The notes: generated by a model from the letters alone, not told the origin. DNA of 32,000 bases from Fastidiosibacter lacustris (GCF_003428155.1 NZ_QLIR01000006.1:60001-92000), one strand, 5' to 3'. Positions 9,463 to 19,338 are shown, numbered from the stretch's first letter. Numbers and translations are program-made.

Positions 9463-11347
9463 CTTTATTGCACATCGAGGTGCTAATCAGATTGCACCTG
9501 AAAATACGATGCTTGCATTTAAAAAAGCTTATGATGCGGGATGTAAATGGATTGAGTTAGATGTACAGCTAAGTGCAGATGACGTTTTATTTATTTTTCA
9601 TGACAACAATGCCAAAAAATTAACAGGCATAGATGCAGATATTACTACTTGGCAGTGGCATAAGATTGAAAGTTTATCGGTGTTAAGCGATACATTTTAT
9701 GACATACATGTTCAAGGATTAAATCGTATTCCAATGCTTAAGACATATCTTGATTGGATGGCTGAAATCACTGATTTGCATACTAATATTGAAGTGAAAG
9801 TAAGGCAGAGTTTTGATGAAGTTTATGAAGTGCGTTTGGTTCAAGCATTGTTAAAACTATTAGCAGAATATCCGCAACTACATGATAGGATTTTATTGTC
9901 GAGTTTTTCAGAATACGTATTGGGACTGTTAGCAGGTAGTAAATTAGGAATAGCACGTGAGTTTTTATTAGAAATAGAAGATTGGCAGGTTGCTCATCGT
10001 GATGTGTTTGACCGCATCAAACAATTATATGGTCTTTGGAATTGTGTTGCGCTTGGCATTAATAATGCTGTTTTAACTCTAGAGCGGATAGTGGAGCTTA
10101 AAGCAAGCTTTGGCAAGTTATTGACTTACTCAAATAGCAAACTTACAGATGAGGTTGTTTTACAAATGCTAAAAGAAGGTATAGATGGTATTTTTATTGA
10201 TGACTTAAACCTAGTAGAAAAAACATACAATATTACAAAAAATATAGGTTTTTTAGCAACAGGAGATGAAATTACAACTGGCGATGTACTTAATACTAAC
10301 ACTCCTGAGCTTGCCCAAAGGTTATATTCAGAAGGATTTGAAGTAGGCATACATTTGGCTTGTTTTGATAATAAAGATAAGCTAAAAACTAGTTTGAAAT
10401 TCTTGCTTAACGAGCATGCTATTGTGATCACAGTAGGTGGCTTAGGACCAACAGAGGATGATAAGACAGTAGAAGCAATTGCAGAAGTTTTTGAGCAGCA
10501 GTTGGTGTTTAATGAAGCATCGTGGCAGCGAATATATGAACGTGTGGCAAAGCGTTTTGGTAGTGTTCCTGAAAATAATAAAAAACAAGCTTATTTCCCG
10601 CAAGGTGCGCAAGTTTTGATCAATGAAGTCGGTACAGCAGATGGTTGTTATATTCATCAGGGGGATAAGCACCTATTTATGCTGCCAGGACCACCTCATG
10701 AATGTTTGCCAATGTTTGAAAAACTAGTATTACCCATTTTGAGTCAATTACAAAACAAACAAAAGCCAGCACATTTTAATTGGCAGTTGATAGGAGTTTC
10801 TGAAGCGCATATTGCATGTCAATTAAAGCCCTTGGCAGATAAGTATCAAGTTGAGCTTGGATATAGAGCAGCTTATCCTTACCTTGAAGTTAAGCTACAT
10901 TTAGCAAGTACAAGTGAAGGTACAATACAATTGGTAAACGAAATAGATGCCCTTATTGAACCATTTGTGGTAAGTAGAAACAAACAGTCTGCCAGCAAGT
11001 TATTAAAGAGCTATTTACGTTCAGGAGAGGTTGTATTGACTATGCAAAAAGACGTCACCAAGGGATACGTCTATAGTCATTTAGCAGAAATGATGCCTGT
11101 CTGTGAATCGCAACCTAGGTTATCTATTCAATTACAAACGAATGGTATGACAATATTTTGGCAGAAAACGGATGCTCCAGTGGATGATCTGTCACTACTT
11201 GTTAAAGTTGAGGATCATGTCGATAAGCGTGAATTTGAGCAAGAGTTACATGTGCGTTTTAGTAATAAAGGCAAACATAGTCTTAATTTTGTTTATGAAT
11301 GGATTTGTGCTCAGGTCGTGCGTTTAATTCAAAAGGAGATGAAGTGA
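9449..11347 (+). CDS. Fusion protein: N-terminal glycerophosphodiester phosphodiesterase (GDPD) domain plus C-terminal CinA/YfaY-like MoCF-binding (COG1058) domain with KH-like extension
   Basis: Residues 1-253 carry the GDPD signature: HRGAN..APENT..AF..A...G...IELDVQ...D..L...HD ... GIDGIFIDD. From about residue 265 the CinA N-domain follows: [26 protein letters not shown] ... [14 protein letters not shown] ... PGPPHE. There is no stop and no internal start at the junction. The ATG overlaps the rmuC stop region by 14 nt. Confidence 0.8.
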   Translation: MKINSFIAHRGANQIAPENTMLAFKKAYDAGCKWIELDVQLSADDVLFIFHDNNAKKLTGIDADITTWQWHKIESLSVLSDTFYDIHVQGLNRIPMLKTYLDWMAEITDLHTNIEVKVRQSFDEVYEVRLVQALLKLLAEYPQLHDRILLSSFSEYVLGLLAGSKLGIAREFLLEIEDWQVAHRDVFDRIKQLYGLWNCVALGINNAVLTLERIVELKASFGKLLTYSNSKLTDEVVLQMLKEGIDGIFIDDLNLVEKTYNITKNIGFLATGDEITTGDVLNTNTPELAQRLYSEGFEVGIHLACFDNKDKLKTSLKFLLNEHAIVITVGGLGPTEDDKTVEAIAEVFEQQLVFNEASWQRIYERVAKRFGSVPENNKKQAYFPQGAQVLINEVGTADGCYIHQGDKHLFMLPGPPHECLPMFEKLVLPILSQLQNKQKPAHFNWQLIGVSEAHIACQLKPLADKYQVELGYRAAYPYLEVKLHLASTSEGTIQLVNEIDALIEPFVVSRNKQSASKLLKSYLRSGEVVLTMQKDVTKGYVYSHLAEMMPVCESQPRLSIQLQTNGMTIFWQKTDAPVDDLSLLVKVEDHVDKREFEQELHVRFSNKGKHSLNFVYEWICAQVVRLIQKEMK

Positions 11348-11835
11348 TGGAGAATGCTCTTGTTGGTGTTGTAATGGGTTCCAAGTCTGATTGGGAAACA
11401 ATGAGAAATGCAACAGAAACGCTGAGAGTTTTAGGTATTCCTTATGAAGCGCAAGTAGTGTCTGCTCATAGAACGCCTGATCTTTTATTTGAATATGCTG
11501 AATCGGCCGAAGTAAAAGGCTTAAAAGTCATTATTGCCGGTGCTGGAGGAGCTGCACATCTACCTGGGATGCTTGCCGCTAAAACACATATTCCGGTGTT
11601 GGGTGTGCCTGTGCAATCCAAAGCTTTATCAGGTCAAGATTCATTGTTGTCAATTGTGCAAATGCCAGCAGGGGTGCCTGTGGCAACTTTTGCAATTGGA
11701 AAAGCAGGCGCAATTAATGCCGCACTCTTTGCTTGTAGTATATTGGCTAATCAGCATGAAAAATACAATAAGGCGATAAAGACCTATCGTAAACAACAGA
11801 CACAAATGGTGTTGAGTAACACTAATTTGGAGTAA
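11347..11835 (+). CDS. purE: N5-carboxyaminoimidazole ribonucleotide mutase (class I PurE)
   Basis: [45 protein letters not shown] chose the ATG at 11347 (TGATG overlap with the upstream stop, AAGGAG Shine-Dalgarno at 11333-11338) over the track start at 11299. Confidence 0.95.
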   Translation: MENALVGVVMGSKSDWETMRNATETLRVLGIPYEAQVVSAHRTPDLLFEYAESAEVKGLKVIIAGAGGAAHLPGMLAAKTHIPVLGVPVQSKALSGQDSLLSIVQMPAGVPVATFAIGKAGAINAALFACSILANQHEKYNKAIKTYRKQQTQMVLSNTNLE

Positions 11836-11954
11836 ATTTAGCAGTGTTGACAGGTGTGCTTGAGAGTCTGTTCATCTAACTGTGTAAATTTTTCATAATT
11901 CTAAATTCTGCCTTCAAGTTTGATTAAAAAATGAGGCATAGCTTCACTCCAATT

Positions 11955-11978
11955 CAAATTTATTTCTGTACACGAAGA
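11955..11978. repeat. Left arm of an imperfect inverted repeat (CAAATTT..CTGTACACGAAGA)
   Basis: The 13-nt core at 11966-11978 is the exact reverse complement of 12134-12146. The flanking 7-mer CAAATTT is matched at 12150-12156. Confidence 0.7.
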
Positions 11979-12133
11979 AAAAATTACAAAATACCGACAA
12001 GCATTATTTTTTCTTGATTTGTAGATTTGCAATATATGAAAAAGCATTTCAATCGGGTATTACAGTTAAGGACTTTAAGTTACGTTTGAAAACTCTACAA
12101 GATCCATTCTAAGGTGCTAGTCAAATGAAGAAA

Positions 12134-12156
12134 TCTTCGTGTACAGAGCAAATTTG
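12134..12156. repeat. Right arm of the inverted repeat (TCTTCGTGTACAG..AAATTTG), next to a further GTGTACA copy at 12156-12162
   Basis: Direct reading of the sequence. See the left arm feature. Confidence 0.7.
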
Positions 12157-12166
12157 TGTACAACTG

Positions 12167-12195
12167 TTGATGTTTGAATCAGTTTGCGTTAGAAT
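12167..12195 (+). promoter_or_regulatory. Candidate promoter of the rplC-led ribosomal-protein operon
   Basis: TTGATG (12167-12172), 17-nt spacer, TAGAAT (12190-12195). This is the only near-consensus sigma70 pair I found in the 690-bp gap. Confidence 0.45.
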
Positions 12196-12305
12196 GCGCT
12201 ACCATTTAACTGTGTCAAAGCCTTAAAGGTGTTGTTGTAATGTGGGTGGCTCCTTATTAATTAGGAGGTTAGTCTTTTATTGGCGCATGTTTTAAGGTAA
12301 ATTTT

Positions 12306-12360
12306 GAGCTGTTTTATATGGCGTTTGTAATAAATGTCATATAAAACAGTTCACTTTTTT
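12306..12360 (+). terminator. Attenuator-like intrinsic terminator hairpin inside the rplC leader
   Basis: Stem CTGTTTTATATG (12309-12320) pairs with CATATAAAACAG (12338-12349), extendable to about 15 bp. The loop is 17 nt. After two intervening bases (AC) comes TTTTTT (12355-12360). Confidence 0.4.
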
Positions 12361-12526
12361 GTGAGTTGTGTCTTTGCATTTGCCTAAATTGCAAAGAACT
12401 TGCTAAAGCATATTTTTTGTTAAAAGTAATTGCTTTAGTTGAGCTGCATGAGTTTTGTGCAGATTAAAAGCGTTTCACGGTCAATTGTAATCGTGAAAGT
12501 AAATAATAATAAAGTGAGGATAAAAG

Positions 12527-13171
12527 ATGTCTTTAGGTATCGTAGGTCGCAAATGCGGCATGACTCGTGTATTCACTGAAGATGGCACATCTATCCCTGT
12601 AACAGTTATTCATGTGGAGCCAAATACGGTAACGCAAGTAAAAACTACTAAAACAGATGGATATAGTTCTATTCAGGTGACAACAGGTGTTAAAAAGCGC
12701 TCTCGCGTAACTAAACCAGAAGCGGGTCATTTTGCTAAGGCAAATGTTGAGCCAGGTCGTGGTTTGTGGGAGTTTTGTCTAGGTGCTGAGCAAGTTATCG
12801 AATTTGAAGCTGGTAAAACAATTGACGTTTCAATGTTTGAGGCTGGTCAAAAAGTAGATGTGACAGGCACATCAAAAGGTAAAGGTTTCCAAGGTGGTGT
12901 TAAGCGTCATAATTTCAGAACGCAAGATGCAACTCATGGTAACTCTCTTTCGCATCGTGTACCTGGTTCAACAGGTCAAAACCAAACACCAGGCCGTGTT
13001 TTCAAGAACAAGAAAATGGCTGGTCACTTAGGTAATGTTAAAACCACTATTCAAACTCTTGAAGTCGTTAAAGTAGATGTTGAAAATGGTTTATTGCTGC
13101 TAAAAGGTGGCATCCCAGGCGCAACAGGCGGTGATGTTATTGTAACACCTGCTATTAAAGTTAAAGCTTAA
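12527..13171 (+). CDS. rplC: 50S ribosomal protein L3
   Basis: The start [17 protein letters not shown] is the conserved L3 N-terminus. GAGGA Shine-Dalgarno upstream. Confidence 0.98.
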   Translation: MSLGIVGRKCGMTRVFTEDGTSIPVTVIHVEPNTVTQVKTTKTDGYSSIQVTTGVKKRSRVTKPEAGHFAKANVEPGRGLWEFCLGAEQVIEFEAGKTIDVSMFEAGQKVDVTGTSKGKGFQGGVKRHNFRTQDATHGNSLSHRVPGSTGQNQTPGRVFKNKKMAGHLGNVKTTIQTLEVVKVDVENGLLLLKGGIPGATGGDVIVTPAIKVKA

Positions 13172-13185
13172 GAGGGAGAAGTTAC

Positions 13186-13809
13186 GTGGATTTAAATATT
13201 AAAACATTAGCGGGCGACAATCATTCGGTATTGAATGTTGCAGATAGCGTGTTCTCTAGAGACTATAACGAAGCGCTCATTCATCAAGTTGTTGTTGCTT
13301 ATATGGCAGGTAGTCGTCAAGGTACAAAAGCGCAAAAAACACGTGCCGAGGTTTCAGGTGGTGGCTCTAAGCCTTGGAGACAAAAAGGTACAGGGCGTGC
13401 TCGTGCGGGGACAATTCGTTCACCTTTATGGCGTAAGGGCGGTGTGATATTCGCTGCTAAACCAAGAAATTATGAGCAAAAAGTCAACCGTAAGATGTAT
13501 CGAGCTGCCATTCAATCTATTTTATCTGAGCTGTTAAGAGCGGAGCGTTTGTTAGTGATTGAAGGCTTTAAAGTTGAGACGCCAAAAACAAAAGAATTTG
13601 TTCAAGCTTTAAAACAATTAGATATAAAAGAAGCATTAATCGTTGTAAGTCCTGAAGAGTTTACCGAAGAGCTTTATCTAGCTTCAAGAAACATTAAAAA
13701 CGTAGCCGTTGTTGATTCACAAGAAATCAATCCAGTTGCTTTAATGTGTTTTGATAAAGTAATTATGACTCAAGAAGCAGTTAAGCAAGTTGAGGAGCGT
13801 TTAGTATGA
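13186..13809 (+). CDS. rplD: 50S ribosomal protein L4
   Basis: GTG start behind a GAGGGAG Shine-Dalgarno. Contains [15 protein letters not shown] block. Position fits the operon order. Confidence 0.98.
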   Translation: MDLNIKTLAGDNHSVLNVADSVFSRDYNEALIHQVVVAYMAGSRQGTKAQKTRAEVSGGGSKPWRQKGTGRARAGTIRSPLWRKGGVIFAAKPRNYEQKVNRKMYRAAIQSILSELLRAERLLVIEGFKVETPKTKEFVQALKQLDIKEALIVVSPEEFTEELYLASRNIKNVAVVDSQEINPVALMCFDKVIMTQEAVKQVEERLV

Positions 13810-14102
13810 ATCAAGAAAGATTGCTTAAAGTGTTGCTAAGTCCGCATGTGACTAATAAGGCATATGAGGTAGCTGAGCGCTCTTCTTATGTTGTATTTAA
13901 AGTCGCAACTAATGCAACTAAAATAGAAATTAAAAAAGCGGTTGAAATGCTTTTTGAAGTAAAAGTTGAAGATGTGAAAACTGTCAACGTGAAAGGTAAA
14001 GCGCGCCGTTTTGGTCGTATTGAAGGTAGAACTAAGGACTGGAAGAAAGCTTATATTAGACTTGCTGAAGGTCATGACATCAATTTTATTGGTGCTGAAT
14101 AA
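13806..14102 (+). CDS. rplW: 50S ribosomal protein L23
   Basis: ATGA overlap with the rplD stop. Conserved L23 sequence and expected position. Confidence 0.97.
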   Translation: MNQERLLKVLLSPHVTNKAYEVAERSSYVVFKVATNATKIEIKKAVEMLFEVKVEDVKTVNVKGKARRFGRIEGRTKDWKKAYIRLAEGHDINFIGAE

Positions 14103-14123
14103 GTTAGAGGTGAGGATAAATAA

Positions 14124-14945
14124 ATGAAAGTAGTTAAAGCAAAACCAACCTCTCCTGGTCGTCGCTTTGTTATTCAGGTTAAAAACCCTGACTTATACAA
14201 AGGTAAACCTTTTGCTGGATTAGTTGAGAAAAAATCTAAAAACTCAGGTCGTAATAACCAGGGTCGTATTACAGTTCGTCACCAAGGTGGTGGTCACAAG
14301 CAAAATTACCGCGTTATTGACTTTAAACGGGTCAAAGATGATATTCCTGCTAAAGTTGAGCGTATCGAATATGATCCTAACCGTACAGCATACATTGCCT
14401 TGGTGTTGTATAAAGACGGAGAAAGAAGATACATGATTGCACCAAAGGGTTTGGTTGAAGGTATGGAGGTAATATCTGGTGAGCATGTCTCGATCAAACC
14501 AGGTAACTGTATGCCAATTCGTAACATTCCTTTGGGTGCGGTTGTTCACAACGTTGAGTTGAAGCCAGGTAAAGGTGCTCAATTAGCACGTTCAGCGGGA
14601 GCTTCAATGCAAATCGTTGGTAAAGACAATGCTTATGCGATCGTGCGCTTGCGTTCAGGTGAGATGCGCAAAGTGTTGTTAAGTTGTCGTGCAGTAATTG
14701 GTACAGTGTCTAATTCTGAGCACAACTTAAGATCAATCGGTAAAGCTGGAGCAAATCGTTGGCGTGGTATTCGCCCGACCGTACGTGGTGTTGCAATGAA
14801 CCCTGTTGATCACCCACATGGTGGTGGTGAGGGTCGTACATCTGCTGGGCGTCATCCTGTGACGCCGTGGGGTGTGAAGACTAAGGGTAAAAAGACACGT
14901 ACAAACAAGCGCTCCAATAAGCTGATTGTACAAAGACGTAAATAA
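14124..14945 (+). CDS. rplB: 50S ribosomal protein L2
   Basis: KPTSPGRR start, and the conserved block ending GGGEGR. Confidence 0.99.
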   Translation: MKVVKAKPTSPGRRFVIQVKNPDLYKGKPFAGLVEKKSKNSGRNNQGRITVRHQGGGHKQNYRVIDFKRVKDDIPAKVERIEYDPNRTAYIALVLYKDGERRYMIAPKGLVEGMEVISGEHVSIKPGNCMPIRNIPLGAVVHNVELKPGKGAQLARSAGASMQIVGKDNAYAIVRLRSGEMRKVLLSCRAVIGTVSNSEHNLRSIGKAGANRWRGIRPTVRGVAMNPVDHPHGGGEGRTSAGRHPVTPWGVKTKGKKTRTNKRSNKLIVQRRK

Positions 14946-14961
14946 TTAAAGGGAGAATATT

Positions 14962-15240
14962 GTGGCTCGTTCATTAAAGAAAGGACCTTTTGTTGATCAT
15001 CACTTATTAAAGAAAGTGTTTGATGCGCAAGAGGCTAATTCAAAAAAGCCAATTAAAACTTGGTCGAGAAGATCCATGATTGTGCCGGATATGATTGGTT
15101 TAACAATTGCTGTGCATAATGGGCATCAACATGTGCCAGTGCTTGTCACTGAAAACATGATTGGACACAAGTTAGGCGAATTTGCTGTGACTCGTAATTA
15201 CCGAGGTCACGCAGCAGATAAAAAAGCTAAGAAAAAATAA
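14962..15240 (+). CDS. rpsS: 30S ribosomal protein S19
   Basis: GTG start, [18 protein letters not shown]. Confidence 0.98.
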   Translation: MARSLKKGPFVDHHLLKKVFDAQEANSKKPIKTWSRRSMIVPDMIGLTIAVHNGHQHVPVLVTENMIGHKLGEFAVTRNYRGHAADKKAKKK

Positions 15241-15252
15241 TTGAGGTTTTCA

Positions 15253-15588
15253 ATGGAAGTTCAAGCTAAATTAAAACATGCGCGAATTTCAGCTCAAAAA
15301 GCGCGTTTGGTTGCTGATCAAATTCGCGGTTTGCCAGTTGAAAAAGCGTTAAATCTTCTTTCTTTTAGCAATAAAAAAGCTGCTAGTCTGATCAAAGGTG
15401 TCTTAACGTCTGCTATCGCTAACGCTGAGCATAATGATGGGTTGGATATTGACGAATTGTATGTTTCTACAGTTCATGTCGATGAAGGTCCAACTATGAA
15501 ACGTTTTGAAGCTCGCGCTAAAGGTCGTGGTAATCGTATTTTAAAACGCACTTCTCACGTAACCGTGAAAGTAGCAGAAAAAAATTAA
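15253..15588 (+). CDS. rplV: 50S ribosomal protein L22
   Basis: ATG at 15253 gives [26 protein letters not shown], the conserved L22 N-terminus. The track TTG at 15241 is rejected as an extension. Confidence 0.96.
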   Translation: MEVQAKLKHARISAQKARLVADQIRGLPVEKALNLLSFSNKKAASLIKGVLTSAIANAEHNDGLDIDELYVSTVHVDEGPTMKRFEARAKGRGNRILKRTSHVTVKVAEKN

Positions 15589-15598
15589 GGGGCACTAA

Positions 15599-16294
15599 AT
15601 GGGTCAGAAGGTACATCCTACCGGTATACGCTTAGGTTTTATCAAAGACTGGCGTTCAGTATGGTATGCAGGTTCCAAGGACTATGCAGATAAGTTAAAC
15701 ACGGATATCGAAGTGCGTACTTATCTTCATAAGAAATTGGAAAATGCTTCCGTTAGTCGTATTAAGATCGAAAGACCAGCGCAAAATGCTAAGGTCACTA
15801 TTTTCACTGCGCGTCCTGGTATCGTGATTGGTAAAAAAGGTGAAGATGTAGAAATATTGCGTAATGAATTAACTAAAAAAATGGGTATTCCCGTTCAAAT
15901 CAATATTGAAGAAGTTCGTAAGCCTGAACTAGATGCGCAGTTAGTTGCAGATGGCATTTCACAACAGCTTGAGAAGCGTGTAATGTTTCGTCGTGCGATG
16001 AAGCGTGCGATTCAAACAGCGATGAAAATGGGTGCTGAGGGGATTAAGGTATCGATTGCTGGTCGCTTGGGTGGTGCTGAGATTGCGCGCACTGAGTGGG
16101 CAAAAGAAGGTCGTATTCCACTTCATACTTTCCGTGCTGATATTGATTATGCAACATCTGAGGCTTTAACAACTTATGGTATTCTAGGTGTTAAAGTGTG
16201 GATATTCAAAGGCGAAATTCTTCCTGGTCAAGAGCGTAAGCCTGAAGCAGAAGATAAAGCGCCTAAAAAAGCAAAAAGAAGAGGGGCTAAATAA
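15599..16294 (+). CDS. rpsC: 30S ribosomal protein S3
   Basis: [13 protein letters not shown] start and a KH-domain block. Confidence 0.99.
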   Translation: MGQKVHPTGIRLGFIKDWRSVWYAGSKDYADKLNTDIEVRTYLHKKLENASVSRIKIERPAQNAKVTIFTARPGIVIGKKGEDVEILRNELTKKMGIPVQINIEEVRKPELDAQLVADGISQQLEKRVMFRRAMKRAIQTAMKMGAEGIKVSIAGRLGGAEIARTEWAKEGRIPLHTFRADIDYATSEALTTYGILGVKVWIFKGEILPGQERKPEAEDKAPKKAKRRGAK

Positions 16295-16707
16295 TGTTAC
16301 AGCCTAAGCGTACTAAATTCCGTAAACAGCAAAAGTTACGTAATCGTGGTCTTGCTCTGCGTGGTAATAAAGTAAGTTTTGGTGATTTCGGTTTACAAGC
16401 GATTGGTCGTGGTCGCTTAACTGCTCGCCAAATTGAAGCCGGTCGTCGTGCAATTAATCGCCACGTACGCCGTGGTGGTAAGGTTTGGATCCGTGTATTC
16501 CCAGATAAACCAATTACTGAAAAACCATTAGAAGTTCGTATGGGTAAAGGTAAAGGTAACGTTGAGTACTGGGTGGCCCAAATTCAGCCAGGAAAAATGC
16601 TTTATGAAATCCAAGGTGTGAGTGAAGAAATCGCAAGAGCTGCGTTTGCGCGTGCTGCTGCTAAACTTCCAATTGCAACCACATTCACAGAAAAGACGGT
16701 GATGTAA
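16294..16707 (+). CDS. rplP: 50S ribosomal protein L16
   Basis: [11 protein letters not shown] start. TAATG overlap with the rpsC stop. Confidence 0.99.
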   Translation: MLQPKRTKFRKQQKLRNRGLALRGNKVSFGDFGLQAIGRGRLTARQIEAGRRAINRHVRRGGKVWIRVFPDKPITEKPLEVRMGKGKGNVEYWVAQIQPGKMLYEIQGVSEEIARAAFARAAAKLPIATTFTEKTVM

Positions 16708-16916
16708 TGAAGGCAAGTGAAAAAATTAAAGAATTGAAAGCAAAGTCTGCTCAAGAGCTAAAAGCGCAAAAAATTGATTTGTTAAAAGAACAGTTTAATT
16801 TGCGTATGCAAAAGGGCGCTGGGCAGTTAACGAAAAATCATATATTCAAAAACATTCGTCGTGATATTGCTCGTATTAATACAATTTTGTCTGAAAAACA
16901 AAAAGTAGGTGCTTAG
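16707..16916 (+). CDS. rpmC: 50S ribosomal protein L29
   Basis: TAATG overlap with the rplP stop. Contains [10 protein letters not shown] block and sits in the expected position. Confidence 0.96.
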   Translation: MKASEKIKELKAKSAQELKAQKIDLLKEQFNLRMQKGAGQLTKNHIFKNIRRDIARINTILSEKQKVGA

Positions 16917-16918
16917 AA

Positions 16919-17170
16919 ATGAGTGATAAAATTAGAACGTTACTTGGAAGAGTAACCAGCGACAAAATGGACAAAACTATCACGGTTGTAGTTGATCGTA
17001 AAGTTAAGCATCCATTATATGGTAAGTTTGTCACTAAGACGACTAAGTATCATGCGCATGATGAAGGTAATGAGTGTAAAGAAGGCGATACAGTAGAAAT
17101 TACTGAAACAAGACCTTACTCAAAGACTAAAAAGTGGCGTTTGGTTTCAATCGTAGAGCGTGCAAAATAA
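16919..17170 (+). CDS. rpsQ: 30S ribosomal protein S17
   Basis: [13 protein letters not shown]...R.VKHP.YGK block. Confidence 0.98.
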   Translation: MSDKIRTLLGRVTSDKMDKTITVVVDRKVKHPLYGKFVTKTTKYHAHDEGNECKEGDTVEITETRPYSKTKKWRLVSIVERAK

Positions 17171-17171
17171 G

Positions 17172-17201
17172 GAAATTTGCATTTTATGTGCAGATTTCTT
17201 T
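17172..17201 (+). terminator. Hairpin after rpsQ (S10/spc boundary); weak terminator or attenuator
   Basis: A 10-bp stem (one G-U pair) joins 17172-17181 and 17089-17098 offset by 100, that is 17189-17198, with a 7-nt loop. It is followed by only TTT. Confidence 0.35.
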
Positions 17202-17253
17202 CGTTGTGAAAAGCGCGAAATGTGTGTTAAAGCAAAGTTAGAAACTGCTTAAA

Positions 17254-17281
17254 TTGCATTTTTGATTTTTGTTGTTATAAT
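17254..17281 (+). promoter_or_regulatory. Candidate spc-operon promoter
   Basis: TTGCAT, 16-nt spacer, TATAAT, within the 163-nt rpsQ-rplN spacer. Confidence 0.5.
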
Positions 17282-17333
17282 AGTGCGTCTTTTTGACGCC
17301 ACTACTTAGAAATTGACGTAAGTGAGGTATAAA

Positions 17334-17702
17334 ATGATTCAGATGCAAACTGAACTTCAAGTTGCTGATAATAGTGGCGCTCGTCGGGTAGAATGTATCA
17401 AAGTGTTGGGTGGCTCCCATCGTAGATACGCAAGTATAGGTGATGTGATTAAAGTTTCTGTTAAAGAAGCTAACCCACGCGGTAAGGTGAAAAAGGGTAG
17501 TGTTTACAGTGCAGTAGTGGTTAGAACAGCTAAAGGTGTTCGTCGCCGTGATGGATCTGTTTTGCGCTTTGATGGTAATGCAGTTGTTCTTTTGAATAAC
17601 CAAAACCAACCGATTGGCACACGTATATTTGGTCCTGTGACACGCGAGCTACGTAGTGAAAAGTTTATGAAAATTGTTTCACTTGCCCCAGAAGTGTTAT
17701 AA
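17334..17702 (+). CDS. rplN: 50S ribosomal protein L14
   Basis: ATG at 17334 gives [28 protein letters not shown]. The track GTG at 17322 actually forms the Shine-Dalgarno (GTGAGG). Confidence 0.98.
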   Translation: MIQMQTELQVADNSGARRVECIKVLGGSHRRYASIGDVIKVSVKEANPRGKVKKGSVYSAVVVRTAKGVRRRDGSVLRFDGNAVVLLNNQNQPIGTRIFGPVTRELRSEKFMKIVSLAPEVL

Positions 17703-17719
17703 GTTGGAGTATAACAGTA

Positions 17720-18043
17720 ATGAATAGACTGAAGAAAGGCGATGATGTAATCATTATTGCTGGTAAAGACAAAGGTCGTAGAGGAACGATAGTTACTGTG
17801 CTTTCTGATGAAGATCGCGTAGTAGTGGAAGGTGTGAATCTAGTAAAACGTCATGTGAAGCCTAATCCAAATAGAGGGGTTGAGGGTGGCATCGTTGAGA
17901 AAGAAGCATCTATCCACGCATCTAATGTTGCTTTATATAACCCTGCTACAAAGAAAGCTGACCGTGTTGGTATTAAATTTGTGGAAGATGGTAAGAAAAA
18001 GGTTCGCTATTTCAAGTCAAATGGCGAATTAGTAGATCTATAG
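17720..18043 (+). CDS. rplX: 50S ribosomal protein L24
   Basis: KKGD.V.VI.GKDKG..G KOW motif, expected position. Confidence 0.97.
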   Translation: MNRLKKGDDVIIIAGKDKGRRGTIVTVLSDEDRVVVEGVNLVKRHVKPNPNRGVEGGIVEKEASIHASNVALYNPATKKADRVGIKFVEDGKKKVRYFKSNGELVDL

Positions 18044-18053
18044 GTAGTAAAAT

Positions 18054-18593
18054 ATGGCAAGGCTAAAAGCTTTCTATCAAGAAAAAGTAGTTGCACAGCT
18101 TAAGAATGAGCTTGGTATTGCTAATGTGATGGAGATTCCACGCATTACCAAAATCACGCTAAATATGGGTGTTGGTGAAGCTGCAAAAGATAAAAAAGCG
18201 ATCGAGAATGCAGTTAAGGATCTAGAAGCAATCGCAGGTCAAAAAGCAGTGATTACTAAAACTAGAAAATCGATTGCAGGCTTTAAGATTCGTGATGGTT
18301 GGCCAATTGGTTGCAAAGTGACTTTACGTGGTAACCGTATGTATGAATTTTTAGATCGTTTGATTACAATTGCAATCCCTCGTATCCGTGACTTTCGTGG
18401 TTTGAATCCTAAATCGTTTGATGGTCGTGGTAACTATAGCATGGGTATGCGTGAGCAAATTGCTTTTCCTGAAATCGAATATGATAAAGTTGATAGTATT
18501 CGTGGTTTAGATATCACTATTACAACAACTGCAAAAAATGACGAGCAAGGCAAAGCATTGTTAAACGCATTTAACTTCCCATTGAAATCTTAA
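18054..18593 (+). CDS. rplE: 50S ribosomal protein L5
   Basis: MARLK..Y start, I.LNMGVGEA and F.FPEI.YD blocks. Confidence 0.98.
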   Translation: MARLKAFYQEKVVAQLKNELGIANVMEIPRITKITLNMGVGEAAKDKKAIENAVKDLEAIAGQKAVITKTRKSIAGFKIRDGWPIGCKVTLRGNRMYEFLDRLITIAIPRIRDFRGLNPKSFDGRGNYSMGMREQIAFPEIEYDKVDSIRGLDITITTTAKNDEQGKALLNAFNFPLKS

Positions 18594-18607
18594 GGAGTTA
18601 CTAGACA

Positions 18608-18913
18608 ATGGCAAAACTTGGAATGATCCAAAGAGAATTGAAAAGACAGAGGTTGGTTGAAAAGTATGCTCAAAAAAGAGTTGAGCTTAAAGCAATTATT
18701 TTAAGCTCAACTGCCTCTGATGATCAAAAATGGGATGCACAAATTAAATTGCAAAAACTTCCAGTTAACTCATCGCCTTCACGCCTTCAGACACGTTGTC
18801 GTATTACAGGCAGAGCACATGCTGTATACAAGAAATTTGGGCTATGTCGTAATAAATTGCGTGAACACGCAATGGTTGGTGATGTTCCTGGCTTGAAAAA
18901 AGCTAGTTGGTAA
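18608..18913 (+). CDS. rpsN: 30S ribosomal protein S14 (long, 101-aa form)
   Basis: C-terminus R.R.CR.TGR..AVYRKFGL.R..LRE....G..PG..KASW. Confidence 0.98.
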   Translation: MAKLGMIQRELKRQRLVEKYAQKRVELKAIILSSTASDDQKWDAQIKLQKLPVNSSPSRLQTRCRITGRAHAVYKKFGLCRNKLREHAMVGDVPGLKKASW

Positions 18914-18930
18914 TAGAAGGATTAATTTTT

Positions 18931-19323
18931 ATGAGTATGCAAGATCCTATTGCAGATATGTTAACAAGAATTAGAAATGGTTTGTCTGCACATAAGACAA
19001 CGGTTTCTATGCCTTTGTCTAATAAGAAGAAGGCTATTGCTGATCTTCTTGTAAGTGAAGGTTATATCGAAAATGTTAATGTGTCAGAAGAGAATAATGG
19101 CACACTAAATATTGAACTTAAGTATCATCAAGGTCAACCTGTGATTGAAATGCTAAAACGTATAAGTCGCCCTGGCCTTCGTATATACAAAACGGCTGCT
19201 GAACTTCCAAAAATATATGGTGGTTTCGGTGTGGCAGTGATTTCTACTTCTCGTGGCTTAATGAGCGATAGACAAGCACGCGCTCAAGGTGTTGGCGGTG
19301 AAGTGATTTGCTACGTAGCATAA
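18931..19323 (+). CDS. rpsH: 30S ribosomal protein S8
   Basis: ATG at 18931 gives [17 protein letters not shown]. The track start at 18907 overlaps the rpsN end and is rejected. Confidence 0.98.
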   Translation: MSMQDPIADMLTRIRNGLSAHKTTVSMPLSNKKKAIADLLVSEGYIENVNVSEENNGTLNIELKYHQGQPVIEMLKRISRPGLRIYKTAAELPKIYGGFGVAVISTSRGLMSDRQARAQGVGGEVICYVA

Positions 19324-19338
19324 AGCAGGAGATATTCG

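Noticed and set aside
11299-11346. N-terminal extensions proposed by the ORF track for purE (11299), rplV (15241), rplN (17322), rpsH (18907), rplO (20948), rpsD (23724), rpoZ (27990) and rpsR (28867).
   Set aside because: In each case a downstream ATG reproduces the universally conserved N-terminus and has a properly spaced Shine-Dalgarno. The longer form overlaps the preceding gene or uses the Shine-Dalgarno itself as its start codon.
11836-12526. I searched the gap upstream of rplC for a degraded rpsJ or tuf remnant, for example K-L-R-L-K near 12078-12092 versus the S10 IRIRLKAF motif.
   Set aside because: Only a 4-5 residue resemblance, broken by stops in every frame. It is not distinguishable from chance, so no pseudogene is called.
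17238-17609. 123-aa minus-strand ORF antisense to rplN. There are similar antisense or alternate-frame ORFs at 19311-19652, 14244-14582, 14306-14527, 14733-14933, 13836-14075, 12533-12730, 16528-16716, 21127-21321, 23041-23256, 25424-25630 and elsewhere.
   Set aside because: All lie wholly inside highly conserved ribosomal-protein, secY or rpoA genes on the opposite strand or in another frame. Their composition is low-complexity and unlike real proteins, and none has a Shine-Dalgarno.
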